Below the pieces are notes generated by a model. It searched no databases and was not told the origin of the DNA. It worked only from the letters and a program-made list of their open reading frames with translations. DNA of 64,000 nucleotides from a virus. Lineage: Duplodnaviria > Caudoviricetes. The DNA lies in the IMG/VR virus record IMGVR_UViG_3300028591_000076, positions 160,001-224,000 of that record; one strand, 5' to 3'. Positions within the stretch are counted from its first letter, which is position 1. Each line of letters opens with the position of its first letter. A program made the translations under genes and the position numbers. This document shows positions 19,741 to 29,763 of the stretch, in pieces.

Positions 19741-20761
19741 AGGTAAATGGGTATACAATCTCCTTGTTGGTAATTGGACTCTTGACCTTAATCTCTTTCT
19801 GCAATCCAATTTTCAACCCATCTAATGCATTAGAGATTTTTGTATATACTCTTAAATCTAATTCTGGATCATCTGCTAATGTAAGTTTTTTCTCAATAGG
19901 AAGATCACTTACATCTTTACCACGATACTCTAACAAATGAGCTGCTCTTGTAGCACGCATAATATCTAAGTTTCTTCGCATTAGATAATCACTGTATGCC
20001 TTTTCTTCTGCTTTTGTTAAAACAGGAATCATATCATAAGTAATTGGTTCACCACGGTCCTTCTTTGCTTTTTGCTCACGAATATATTCAGTCTTCTTAA
20101 TAATAGGCGCTAAAGTTTCTTCTTCTTGAGCATAAATAATATTAATAAAGTCACTAATATCGCGAACATCGCCATATTTTGGTAAACCATATACACAAGT
20201 AAATCCAGTTCTATTATTCTTTACATGTGCTTTTGGAGCAAAGTCATCTGGTAATGAATATGTACCAATATTATTAAGGTCAATATCAATCTTAGGCTTC
20301 CAGTCGCCGCTATCAATACTAGCCTTAAGCTTCAAATATGCATCTGACTGAGGACCACCATTTGTATCCTGTAAATATTTCCAGTCTGACTCTTGCAACT
20401 TATAAATTACGTCTTTCAATTTATCTGTATAGAAGGTCTTATACAGAATAAATAATGTTTCTATTACTTCATCTTCATGAAACTTACCAACGTCTATGTC
20501 ATCTTCATAAATAAGAGTATTAAGCATTTCAATTACTTTAATTGGCAAAGTATCATCATCTGTTAATGCCATACCTAACAAGTCTTCTGCTGTAAAGTTT
20601 CTAATATGAAATTTAGCAGGTGCATATAATTTACCTTTTGTAGAGAGTTCAACTGTTATATATCCATCGGGAACGGATGCTTCGCTATCCCTAATGTCTC
20701 TTGCATCTGCAAATCTTTCGTCTTCTTTAAGATCTGTTAAATCATTTGGAATATTATTCAT
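19670..20761 (-). CDS. T4 gp26-like baseplate hub / tail assembly chaperone
   Basis: VELSTKGKLY...HIRNFTAEDLL N-terminal motif; AGGAG RBS. Confidence 0.6.
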   Translation of the reverse strand: MNNIPNDLTDLKEDERFADARDIRDSEASVPDGYITVELSTKGKLYAPAKFHIRNFTAEDLLGMALTDDDTLPIKVIEMLNTLIYEDDIDVGKFHEDEVIETLFILYKTFYTDKLKDVIYKLQESDWKYLQDTNGGPQSDAYLKLKASIDSGDWKPKIDIDLNNIGTYSLPDDFAPKAHVKNNRTGFTCVYGLPKYGDVRDISDFINIIYAQEEETLAPIIKKTEYIREQKAKKDRGEPITYDMIPVLTKAEEKAYSDYLMRRNLDIMRATRAAHLLEYRGKDVSDLPIEKKLTLADDPELDLRVYTKISNALDGLKIGLQKEIKVKSPITNKEIVYPFTFRLFDLLQAISTTEPDGIDVVFK

Positions 20762-20812
20762 TATATCTCCTAGAATCTATAGTTTATATATTAGATTTTC
20801 TATATAAAAAAT

Positions 20813-20839
20813 AAAGCTGCTAACATAATTAGCAGCTTT
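20813..20839 (-). terminator. Intrinsic terminator
   Basis: AAAGCTGCTAA-CATAA-TTAGCAGCTTT. Confidence 0.7.
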
Positions 20840-20875
20840 CAAGTATTCTCAAAATATGATATTTTTATATTTATA

Positions 20876-22696
20876 TTATTTTGTTATAGCATTATAAACT
20901 AAATCTCTTTGATTATTATCTAAGCCTAAGTCAAAAAGAACAGAGAATGTTTTCCAAGTACGCTTATGGGTATTTATTCCACCCTTTAAGTTCTCATTCA
21001 ATACTTTTTCAACATTACTTTCTGACCAGTCATTTGACTCTTTAAGCTTTGAAATTGCTGTATTAAAAGACTGGAATAATTTATTACCGTCCTTTGTTAA
21101 AGACATTTCGTTAAGAAGGTCTCTATTACCATCAATTACTTTAGCTTGTAATTTACCATTTTCGTCTGTATAATTTTGTACTTTACCCGTAATTTGTTTT
21201 CCAGCTGCAGTACCTTTTCTCTTTGTTTCAGAATCTGGTAATTGAGAGCCCATTCCCTTTAGCTTACCTAATACAACGTCTGCGCCAAGAACATTACATG
21301 CATTTATAATTTCTGGTACCTGAATATTGTACTCTTCCAAAATATATTTAATTGAGAGTTCTTTATTACCATTGGTTAAAGTACCAGCAACTTCTCCGTC
21401 CCATTTCTGTTTTGGATTAGGGATATCATTATAAAAATCTTCATATAAGTCTTTAGAAGATGAGCTTCCTAAGCCACTTAAAGCATTAATAATAATATAT
21501 TTAAGTATCTTTGCTTTTCTATTTGGCTTTTCTTTTCCATCTGCTGTTTTCTTTACATAGGCCCATCTATTTGGTTTACCTTGGCTTGTATAATGCACAT
21601 CTTTACAGCACTCTTCCCATTTTTCCATAAATGCATTAGTTGCAGCATCTGCTTCAATATCATTAGTAAGAAGACCATTAGACTTCATATACTTATATTC
21701 CATAGAATCTTCGGCTGACATTTCTTCATCTTTTCCATTTTTCTCAGTTTGGAAAGAAGTAGAGTCTACGGTATTAATAACGTTTCTAGTTATATCCTTA
21801 CCATCTGCACCTTTAAATGTTACACTTTTCTGTGTACCAAGGCCAGAAATACCTTCTTGCGTTTCATCTGCTAATAAATCTCTATTAGTATTTAATAATT
21901 CAGCATAAAATCTACCCTGGATTGCATTAAAGTAATCATAATTAGGGATTTTAGAACTGCCTTTATTCTTATTAGCATCTATAGCTTTAGTAATTGCATC
22001 GAAGTTAAATGAAGCTTGTCTAATAGTATAAAATTCTTCTGGCTTATGTTCTACACCATCATAAATTATACTCTTACCATCTTTTAGGTCTTTTAAAAAG
22101 TTCTGATACTCAGACTTTTTCATTTTACCACTTTTTAATTTATCATCTGCAAAATCAGCGAACTTCTTAGCTGAAAAAGTGCCTTTGTAGCCAGATTTAA
22201 GATAAGAGCCGTCTTGCATCATGAACAAAAACTTCATATAAGCTTCACTAATATATGCCTCATATGAGTCATTATGACTATCACCATATGTTCTAGTTGT
22301 ATTATTATATGCTCTACTAGCTTCATTTTTATTATGAAAGGCCGCACTTACTGTACTCATGCATTTTAAAAAGCAGTAGTCCAATGATTTCTTTCTTTCA
22401 GAAGTTTTAGCCTTCTTAAAGATCTTATAATACTTATCTACAGTACTTCTATCGGCATTTTTTCCCTTTAAAACTATAGTTGTATTTCTTTTTGCTAAAT
22501 AATCAATTTGTGAATCTGTAAGCAATGCTGCTTTAACAGCATCCGCTGAAAATTGAAGTGGCGTTTCACTACGCTTAGCTCTTTCATATGCTAAATTCAT
22601 AGCTGCGGTATATTCTGTACTACTAACAAAATATTTTTTTGCTATTCTTTCATTTATACCCTTAGTTACAACTGATTCTATTTCTTCATTTGTCAT
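20876..22696 (-). CDS. Hypothetical 606-aa Lys-rich protein
   Basis: Long ORF with AAGGA RBS; no motif recognised with confidence. Confidence 0.7.
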   Translation of the reverse strand: MTNEEIESVVTKGINERIAKKYFVSSTEYTAAMNLAYERAKRSETPLQFSADAVKAALLTDSQIDYLAKRNTTIVLKGKNADRSTVDKYYKIFKKAKTSERKKSLDYCFLKCMSTVSAAFHNKNEASRAYNNTTRTYGDSHNDSYEAYISEAYMKFLFMMQDGSYLKSGYKGTFSAKKFADFADDKLKSGKMKKSEYQNFLKDLKDGKSIIYDGVEHKPEEFYTIRQASFNFDAITKAIDANKNKGSSKIPNYDYFNAIQGRFYAELLNTNRDLLADETQEGISGLGTQKSVTFKGADGKDITRNVINTVDSTSFQTEKNGKDEEMSAEDSMEYKYMKSNGLLTNDIEADAATNAFMEKWEECCKDVHYTSQGKPNRWAYVKKTADGKEKPNRKAKILKYIIINALSGLGSSSSKDLYEDFYNDIPNPKQKWDGEVAGTLTNGNKELSIKYILEEYNIQVPEIINACNVLGADVVLGKLKGMGSQLPDSETKRKGTAAGKQITGKVQNYTDENGKLQAKVIDGNRDLLNEMSLTKDGNKLFQSFNTAISKLKESNDWSESNVEKVLNENLKGGINTHKRTWKTFSVLFDLGLDNNQRDLVYNAITK

Positions 22697-22721
22697 ATTT
22701 ATATATCCTTGATAATTAGAC

Positions 22722-23009
22722 TTAAATAATTAGTGTATTCAAAAACTTTAATATGTCTTTTCTAGTTCTATTAGATGTAAAAAATGCACACTTTTTTGAG
22801 TCATCTAAAATAGCAGTAGTATATCTACCAATATTAAAGTAAGAATTATTACCTAATAAAGCAACTTTTAATAATTGCGTTAACCAAGATTCTATTGTTG
22901 TAGTATTAAAAACATGCATCTGTTCTTTATCTTTAATAAAATTTACCATTAAAGGTATAATCTCATTTTCGATTAAGAATATATCATTATCTTCATTTCG
23001 CAACATCAA
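22722..23009 (-). CDS. Hypothetical protein
   Basis: 95-aa ORF in an operon. Confidence 0.55.
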   Translation of the reverse strand: MMLRNEDNDIFLIENEIIPLMVNFIKDKEQMHVFNTTTIESWLTQLLKVALLGNNSYFNIGRYTTAILDDSKKCAFFTSNRTRKDILKFLNTLII

Positions 23010-23026
23010 TTAAAGACCCCTTATAT

Positions 23027-23434
23027 CTATAACTTCATAACATTATAAATGCTATGTATTGTACTATATTTAATTCTATTTTTATATTGTGTTTTACTTA
23101 AAAAAAGAATAAGAGACCTTTCATCTATTGGCCCTTCATAATTTAATAAAGCTTCTCTGATATTATTATCAGTTGCATAAGTAATTATACAATCCTGTGC
23201 AGCTCGCATATACCATCGATATTCTGGGTTCCGTATAACCTTATTTAATATTTGTAATTCCGATAAGTAATCTTCTGCAATTAAAGATATCTTTACATCT
23301 TCTGATAACTCTTGCATATTAGAAGATTTAAAACGAGAAATTATTTCTGCATAGCCTTTTGCTCGCTGTCTATCAGCGAGCAAATTGGAATGAGAACAAT
23401 TTATATATTCTTTTTGTAATTGACTTAATGTCAT
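23027..23434 (-). CDS. Hypothetical protein
   Basis: 135-aa ORF in an operon. Confidence 0.6.
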   Translation of the reverse strand: MTLSQLQKEYINCSHSNLLADRQRAKGYAEIISRFKSSNMQELSEDVKISLIAEDYLSELQILNKVIRNPEYRWYMRAAQDCIITYATDNNIREALLNYEGPIDERSLILFLSKTQYKNRIKYSTIHSIYNVMKL

Positions 23435-23438
23435 TCTT

Positions 23439-24020
23439 TTATACGCCTAATACTGCTTTTGATAGAGCAGAAGAAGCACCAGCATCTCTCCAGCTAGGAA
23501 CAGCAATTACTGCCATTTCTTGTGGTCCCATGTTTTGAATTGCCTTTGTTACTTCTAATTTTGGCGGATAAGGATTTCTAGGTGTTGGGGTATTAGAGTC
23601 TTCAACAGACTTAGTATAAGCCATTCTCTGGCCATTATCATAAGTAACTGCCTCTTCCCAATACTTAATTCTATCTTCTGTTTCTCTATCTTTATCTTCA
23701 ATATTTTTTATTGCATTTAAATATTGTTGGCCATTTATTGCTACATACATAACAAAGTCATTAAAATCAACTGCATCTTTATCAATTGATTTCCATTCTG
23801 TATCTGGCACATATGACCTAATAGAGTTTACATTACCCACTTTTTCATTATTCATAATTGCTAATTTTGAGAAATCCTCATGGTCTCTCATAGCTTTATA
23901 AAAGAGGGTATCTGACTCTGTTCTTATGTCATCCATGCTTTCGCCTGCAGCATGAATATGTATATGCTTTAAGTCGTTTGCGAAAAGTGCCGCATAATAT
24001 GCTAATTTAGAATATTCCAT
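23439..24020 (-). CDS. Degenerate Dps/ferritin-like protein
   Basis: ALFANDLKHIHIHAAGE..DDIRTESDTLF..D.ED resembles Dps helices A-B. Confidence 0.45.
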   Translation of the reverse strand: MEYSKLAYYAALFANDLKHIHIHAAGESMDDIRTESDTLFYKAMRDHEDFSKLAIMNNEKVGNVNSIRSYVPDTEWKSIDKDAVDFNDFVMYVAINGQQYLNAIKNIEDKDRETEDRIKYWEEAVTYDNGQRMAYTKSVEDSNTPTPRNPYPPKLEVTKAIQNMGPQEMAVIAVPSWRDAGASSALSKAVLGV

Positions 24021-24137
24021 AAAGAAATTAGTAGAAATAATTACAAATTATATAATTATAAATTTTATACTAAATTTTGTTAATCTTTTATATATTTTCT
24101 AAAAAAGTTACATATTATAAATATAAAGGAGACTATT

Positions 24138-24500
24138 ATGACTAAGACTATAAAGTTTAATAATGAAGCACTTTTTAATCTACAAACTCTTAATGGCTTA
24201 ATTATGTCTACATGGGGTATGCATTATGATGAATCAGAAGAAAAAATTGAAGAGGCTTTTCAACGTGGTCTTATTGATTTTAATCATGTTAAAAATAGAT
24301 ATGATAAAGTTTTTAATATGAAAAATGGACCTTTTGATTATGATATAAATTATGAAAAGAACCTTTTAAGTAAATTAAATAAAGAATTCAAAAAAGTGAG
24401 ATCTTATAAATTACCTTGGTTTATGAAAACTTATGTAGATTTTATTGATGAAAAATTTAAAGAACTTATGACCATATATAAAAATGGAGGCTGGAAATAA
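24138..24500 (+). CDS. Hypothetical protein
   Basis: AAGGAG RBS; TACATATT motif upstream. Confidence 0.65.
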   Translation: MTKTIKFNNEALFNLQTLNGLIMSTWGMHYDESEEKIEEAFQRGLIDFNHVKNRYDKVFNMKNGPFDYDINYEKNLLSKLNKEFKKVRSYKLPWFMKTYVDFIDEKFKELMTIYKNGGWK

Positions 24501-24501
24501 A

Positions 24502-24523
24502 AATGGCCTAATTTTAGGCCATT
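24502..24523. terminator. Hairpin between convergent genes
   Basis: AATGGCCTAA-TT-TTAGGCCATT. Confidence 0.6.
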
Positions 24524-24529
24524 CATAAT

Positions 24530-25240
24530 TTATGCTACTAACTCAAAGGCTTTATTTATTGTATTCATATCAGCAAATTTAAGATTTTTTAAGTACCAAT
24601 TCAAACATAAATCTTCTTCTTTTATTTCTTCATGGTCGCCAATAGAATGATATAATTTTATTCCCCTAAGACTTAAATCTTTAATACGTCTTTTCATATA
24701 ATCGAAAATATCACGTACTACCGTATGCAATTTAATAAGAAGTTTCTGAGCTATTGCTTTTTCTTCATTTTTAAAATTCACGCGACTCTTTATAAGCTGT
24801 AAAGTCCTATTATAAATGTCAGCAATAGCAAATAATTTATTCTCTACATCATCAATTTTAGAATCTTTTATATTTAATTCAACTCGCTTATTAATTAAAT
24901 CATCAAAGGAATCTGTCGCTTTTCTTATAAGCTCATCAATATCATTACCTAAATTATCAGCATATGTTCCTTCTGATAATTTAGAAATACCCTTATATAA
25001 TGATTCTAAAATTTTATAAACATCATTTAATCTATATTCTTTTGAGTCCCTCATAGAAGAAAGTAATCTTATACATGAACTCATAGCAGCTTTCATTTCT
25101 GGGTTATACTCCGCAGAAGGATGAAATAATTCTTTCTTAAAGAATTCTACAATTTGTCGGCTATTCATATCATATGAATACTCTTGTAATCTAGAACTCA
25201 AACTTGCTTTATATATATTTTCAAAAAGATTCTTATTCAT
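24530..25240 (-). CDS. Hypothetical protein with N-terminal LFENIY..RLQE leader
   Basis: Member of the putative capsid-targeted family; ACTAATT lies 5 nt before the ATG. Confidence 0.6.
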   Translation of the reverse strand: MNKNLFENIYKASLSSRLQEYSYDMNSRQIVEFFKKELFHPSAEYNPEMKAAMSSCIRLLSSMRDSKEYRLNDVYKILESLYKGISKLSEGTYADNLGNDIDELIRKATDSFDDLINKRVELNIKDSKIDDVENKLFAIADIYNRTLQLIKSRVNFKNEEKAIAQKLLIKLHTVVRDIFDYMKRRIKDLSLRGIKLYHSIGDHEEIKEEDLCLNWYLKNLKFADMNTINKAFELVA

Positions 25241-25256
25241 AAAATAATTAGTATAC

Positions 25257-25616
25257 TTATACCAATTTTTTATTAAATTCTTTTTCTAAAGAATGTAAAC
25301 AATGCTTTTCACATAGAGTGCCATTCATAGCAGATAATAATGAATATTTTGGTAATTTATTCTCTTTTAGCAAAGACCTTACAAATAAATATGTTTTCTT
25401 TCGTTGCTTATAAGAGCTAATCATTGAATATTCAATATAAATAAGGAAAGTCATGCCCGGTATAATTTGTGCAATATAATACCATTTAGATATATCTAAC
25501 TTAAAATAAAAATAAGCTAATCCCATTATTATATAGTCTACTATACAAAATACAAAGCCAAATCTTATCCAAAACGTACAAACTAAAAAAGTATAAAAAT
25601 TAGAATCTTTATTCAT
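25257..25616 (-). CDS. Membrane protein (2 TM)
   Basis: Two hydrophobic segments. Confidence 0.6.
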   Translation of the reverse strand: MNKDSNFYTFLVCTFWIRFGFVFCIVDYIIMGLAYFYFKLDISKWYYIAQIIPGMTFLIYIEYSMISSYKQRKKTYLFVRSLLKENKLPKYSLLSAMNGTLCEKHCLHSLEKEFNKKLV

Positions 25617-25622
25617 ATAAGG

Positions 25623-26063
25623 CTAACTTTTAAGACCCATATCTCTAATAATATCTTTAATATTACCCCAATTATAAACTTTAGACTCTTCTATTCTTTT
25701 AGAAAGTTCCTCAATTGCCCATTTAGCTCCGTCCTCAAACTCCTTGGGATGCACACTTTTATTTTTTTGTAATTCTAATGCGCTAAAGTCTTCTTTAGCT
25801 TTCTTATCGAGAAGCTCTTGAATAACATCGCCATCACAATACTGGTCAATTAGGCTTTTTAAGGTTATGTTTACTTCTAAAACATCAATATTACCATATG
25901 ATGATGTATACCAATGTTTTTCATCTGTTGTATCCCAATCATAGTCAGAAAAACAACACTGAAGCATATTTGCGCCTATATGAGCTGCATCATTTATACT
26001 TTTTGCACATATATATTTAATTGTACCATCAGCGTTTACTTTAAAAAATTTAAAAAGTTTCAT
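25623..26063 (-). CDS. Hypothetical protein
   Basis: 146 aa; FEDGAKWA motif common in phage proteins. Confidence 0.6.
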   Translation of the reverse strand: MKLFKFFKVNADGTIKYICAKSINDAAHIGANMLQCCFSDYDWDTTDEKHWYTSSYGNIDVLEVNITLKSLIDQYCDGDVIQELLDKKAKEDFSALELQKNKSVHPKEFEDGAKWAIEELSKRIEESKVYNWGNIKDIIRDMGLKS

Positions 26064-26079
26064 ATTTACATAGTAGCAC

Positions 26080-26499
26080 TTAACTATTTTCTTTAATATC
26101 TTCTAATATCTTACCAAGCCAATTATGACTTTCCTTATTTCTACATTCATTACAAGTACATACGCCCCAATAATTATCATGCCACCAATTATGCTCAATA
26201 ATGGGCTCATCTATAAGCTTTAGCTGCCTTAATAAGTCTTTATCTTCAAACTTCTGATGAACTAAATCCCACATAATTTTTAGCTTTACGTCATCCCAGT
26301 CTGATCTAACTTGTACTTTCTTTCCCAAGCATTTTGCTTTATTAGCAGCTATATTTACAAACTCTATAGCTCTTTCTGGGCATTTTTGAGCTTGATAAGC
26401 ATTTTCTACAGATGGAAAAGTTAGTCCATTATATACTATAGTACAAGGATGAAAATTGCTTAAAAATGGAAAATCTTTAAAAAACATAAATAACCTCAT
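26080..26499 (-). CDS. NADAR (YbiA-like) family protein
   Basis: FLSNFHP, FPSVENAYQAQK, WDDVKLKIM..KF, IEHNWWHDNYWG, NWLGKIL. Confidence 0.9.
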   Translation of the reverse strand: MRLFMFFKDFPFLSNFHPCTIVYNGLTFPSVENAYQAQKCPERAIEFVNIAANKAKCLGKKVQVRSDWDDVKLKIMWDLVHQKFEDKDLLRQLKLIDEPIIEHNWWHDNYWGVCTCNECRNKESHNWLGKILEDIKENS

Positions 26500-26514
26500 T
26501 AAAAATATGTAAAA

Positions 26515-26604
26515 ATATATTAATTGGCGCTACGCAAGCCTAAGCTATATCTCTTCTTACTGTACATTAATTAATATAACTTCAATTTTGAAAAATTCAC
26601 ATTT
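26515..26604 (-). repeat. ~90-bp intergenic element, copy 1 (promoter-like plus micro-ORF)
   Basis: Near-identical to 42770-42858 (GGCGCTACGCAAGCCTAAGCTATATCTCTTCTTA...AAAAATTCACATTT). Confidence 0.9.
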
Positions 26605-26687
26605 TTAAGATATATTTTTTTCTAAAAATATAATTTAATTTCTTTATAAGTTAATTTATTTATACAAAGTGAAAATAGAGTATATAA

Positions 26688-27842
26688 ATGAATAAGAAAT
26701 ATGATTATATTGAATTATTAAGTGAGCTGGATGCACAGCAATATAGGTTATTTAATATTTGTTCAATAAATAGTACTTATTTTGGTAATCTTATATTTAA
26801 TAATATAAGTCAAGATTGTGAGATTAACTCAGCGGTATTTAATAGAACATATTTTACAGAATGGTTAAATCAAATAATTGATGACTCGATGACTAGATTA
26901 GAAAGTGAAGTTATTAGGTGGATTCATGATTATCCAGGGTTTTTTGATTTTTATAAGGGCGACTGGTCAGTAGATTCTATTATTAATTCTGTAATTCAAA
27001 GCTGGAAAAATAAACCAAAAACATTAAGGCTTAATAAGCTAAGTATGTTATATGCAAATTATATAAGATTTTTAGGTACATCTAGCGGACAAACATTCTT
27101 ATACGGAACTACTGCTTATAATATATCAGATTATGCAGATATACTAGACTCTGAAGATACGCCTTATTATAATGACCTAGAGCATAAATTACAAAATTTG
27201 ATTACTTGTAAAAAGCTAGTTTTATCAGATGTAGCTAAAACTGGTATTGATGCTTGTATAGCAAGTGCTATATGGAATTCTATATTTAATACAGATGGAA
27301 AATATAATTTAACTAAAGCGCTTAATATACTTAAAGCAGATCCTAAAATGACACAAATGTCAGATATGCAAATGCGTAGAAGACTTCAAAAAATGAAGGT
27401 AGCAATTCTTGAGTCTTTATTAAAAGATGATAAAATAGATACATATTTTGATGCTGATTATACCTTAAGTATGGATGGTACAAATTTTACATTAAAATCA
27501 GCTTTGGAATATTATCTTGTAACAACTAAGCATGACTTGGAAGATAAAAAACCCGCATTTTCTGATTGCCCTAAAATATTAAATGGACATGTAAATATAA
27601 GCGCATTTACAAGAGATGAATTTAGACTAACTATTGAAAAGTATTGTATAGCTAATAACATACCATTTTCTTATCATACAAATTTCTGTAATGGAATAGC
27701 AAAATTGAAAATTGATGCTAATCTAAAAAAGCATAAGACTTATAAATTATGGATATATACTGGTGGTGGGTATAAGGATTTTTATACTGGAAATACGGGT
27801 TATATTACAGAAATTATACCAAAGGAATATTTTGATTTATGA
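26688..27842 (+). CDS. Hypothetical protein (possible HTH/sigma-region-4-like segment)
   Basis: 384 aa; MSDMQMRRRLQKMKVAIL is a weak HTH-like segment. Confidence 0.6.
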   Translation: MNKKYDYIELLSELDAQQYRLFNICSINSTYFGNLIFNNISQDCEINSAVFNRTYFTEWLNQIIDDSMTRLESEVIRWIHDYPGFFDFYKGDWSVDSIINSVIQSWKNKPKTLRLNKLSMLYANYIRFLGTSSGQTFLYGTTAYNISDYADILDSEDTPYYNDLEHKLQNLITCKKLVLSDVAKTGIDACIASAIWNSIFNTDGKYNLTKALNILKADPKMTQMSDMQMRRRLQKMKVAILESLLKDDKIDTYFDADYTLSMDGTNFTLKSALEYYLVTTKHDLEDKKPAFSDCPKILNGHVNISAFTRDEFRLTIEKYCIANNIPFSYHTNFCNGIAKLKIDANLKKHKTYKLWIYTGGGYKDFYTGNTGYITEIIPKEYFDL

Positions 27843-29731
27843 TTTCAATTAGTGTTAATAAAAACTCTGGTTTCTTAGAGTTAAAAGTATTTGGTGAAGA
27901 CTTTACTGATACGGTAGAATTTTTAAGAGATTATCACTGTGCTTTTGATGTAAAAAAGAAAGTTTGGACTAAACCTATTTCTCTACTTAAGCTACTTAAA
28001 GCGGATTTATCAGTTAGACATATTGAATATGATATTTCAGAATATGATGAAAAAGAAGCAGAAGAATATCTTAATTCTTTAAAAGAACTAAAATTATCTG
28101 ATAGTCGAAGAACACTAAATTTTGATTTAATGAAATGTCCTCCACTTAAAGGAAAAGCGCCTAATGAGAACTATCAGAAGCAGGATATATTAAGAGCTAT
28201 AAATCAAAATAGATTTCTTTTCAATTGGGAAATGGGTCTTGGTAAATCTTATGCTCTAGCAGTTTTAATAGAGCATTTAAGGTATTATAAACTTATAGAT
28301 AAATGTTTAATTTTCTCAACTGGCGTTGGTGTCTTTAATCTAAAAGACGAACTTCTTAAATTTGGCAAGGATTTTAAGGCTGAGGATATCTTAGTTTTGA
28401 ATTCGCTTACAGAAGCTTCATATGAAGATAGAGACTTATTTAACGAAAATAAGTATCCACAAAGTATTATCATAATGACATATGACGCATTTAAGGGTAT
28501 TAATAATTATTATTATGATAAATTTAATGCTACTAAGTCTAATAAAAAGCCATCTACAAAAACAAAATATAGAAAAAGCTTTTTACCACTAGATCAATGG
28601 CTAGATGGAAAAGCTGGCGCTATATTCCTTGACGAGTGTCACTCTTTAGCTAATCCTTCATCTAGACGATCTGAAATATTTAAGATGAATTTAGATAAAT
28701 TTACTTATAGATATGAATTTACTGGTACTTTAGCTGATAAGTATGAAAAGCTATATATGCCATTATTTATTCTTGATAAGTCCTTAGTAAACGGCTGTAG
28801 CTATAATGAATGGCTTATGCAATATAATGATTTAGGTAATAGATTTTCTAGATATGCTATAAATGATGATAAGTGGGATATTGGAAAAATTGAAAACTTA
28901 AATAGAGACTTAATTAGAAATTATGCATCTAAAAGACTTATGACAGAATGTTTGGACTTACCATTAAATTATGAGGTTCCTACTATTCATGTTGATATGT
29001 CCCAAGCACAAAGAGAAATTTATGAAGGATTTATCAGAGAACAAATTAGGCTTATAAAAGAAAGAGAAAATAGTAATAGTGATAATATCATAAATATGTT
29101 CCAAGTTTTCCAGCTTTCTTGTGAGAATATTAAGTGTATTGAAAATAATAGGTCCTTTAGCAAATATTCAGAAGAACTTCAAGAAAAAATAAAGAAGTAT
29201 GATTTTATAAAAGATAATAATAAAATAAAAGTTTTGGATTCAATTCTTGAAGAAGAAACGGAAAATGGGCAAAGAGGCATTGTTTGGTATTATCATCCTT
29301 TGAGCAAGGACTATTTGAAAGAGCATTTAGCAAAATATAATCCAGTTATTGTTGAAGCAGGATTAAAAAATGATGATTTACATAATACTATAAATGAATT
29401 TAAAAATAATCCAAAACATAAAATTCTTATAGCATCTATAAATGTTATGAATACATCTGTAACTGTAACTGAAGCTACATATAACGTATATTTTGAAAGA
29501 ACATTTAATTATACTGTTTATAGTCAGAGTAGGGGAAGAATTTATAGGCCTAGCCAGAAATATATGTGTAGAACATATCATATGGCTTTTAATGATTCTA
29601 TCGACTTTTTCCAGCTAGAAAACTTAGCCCAGAAAGGCCAAATAGTAAATGCGCTTTTAAATAAAAAATTTATTGACCAAGGTTTATGGAAAAAAGTATT
29701 CAATGCTAATGAAGGATTTACTGTAGAATAA
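27839..29731 (+). CDS. SNF2-family helicase
   Basis: YQ, WEMGLGKS, LDECH, FTGT, QSRGRIYR. Confidence 0.9.
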   Translation: MISISVNKNSGFLELKVFGEDFTDTVEFLRDYHCAFDVKKKVWTKPISLLKLLKADLSVRHIEYDISEYDEKEAEEYLNSLKELKLSDSRRTLNFDLMKCPPLKGKAPNENYQKQDILRAINQNRFLFNWEMGLGKSYALAVLIEHLRYYKLIDKCLIFSTGVGVFNLKDELLKFGKDFKAEDILVLNSLTEASYEDRDLFNENKYPQSIIIMTYDAFKGINNYYYDKFNATKSNKKPSTKTKYRKSFLPLDQWLDGKAGAIFLDECHSLANPSSRRSEIFKMNLDKFTYRYEFTGTLADKYEKLYMPLFILDKSLVNGCSYNEWLMQYNDLGNRFSRYAINDDKWDIGKIENLNRDLIRNYASKRLMTECLDLPLNYEVPTIHVDMSQAQREIYEGFIREQIRLIKERENSNSDNIINMFQVFQLSCENIKCIENNRSFSKYSEELQEKIKKYDFIKDNNKIKVLDSILEEETENGQRGIVWYYHPLSKDYLKEHLAKYNPVIVEAGLKNDDLHNTINEFKNNPKHKILIASINVMNTSVTVTEATYNVYFERTFNYTVYSQSRGRIYRPSQKYMCRTYHMAFNDSIDFFQLENLAQKGQIVNALLNKKFIDQGLWKKVFNANEGFTVE

Positions 29732-29763
29732 AAATTTGTGTTAATATATTTTAAGAGGTTTGA

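Noticed and set aside
20876-27842. Sigma-factor calls for 20876-22696 or 26688-27842
   Set aside because: Only vague helical/HTH resemblance; cannot be supported without a profile search.
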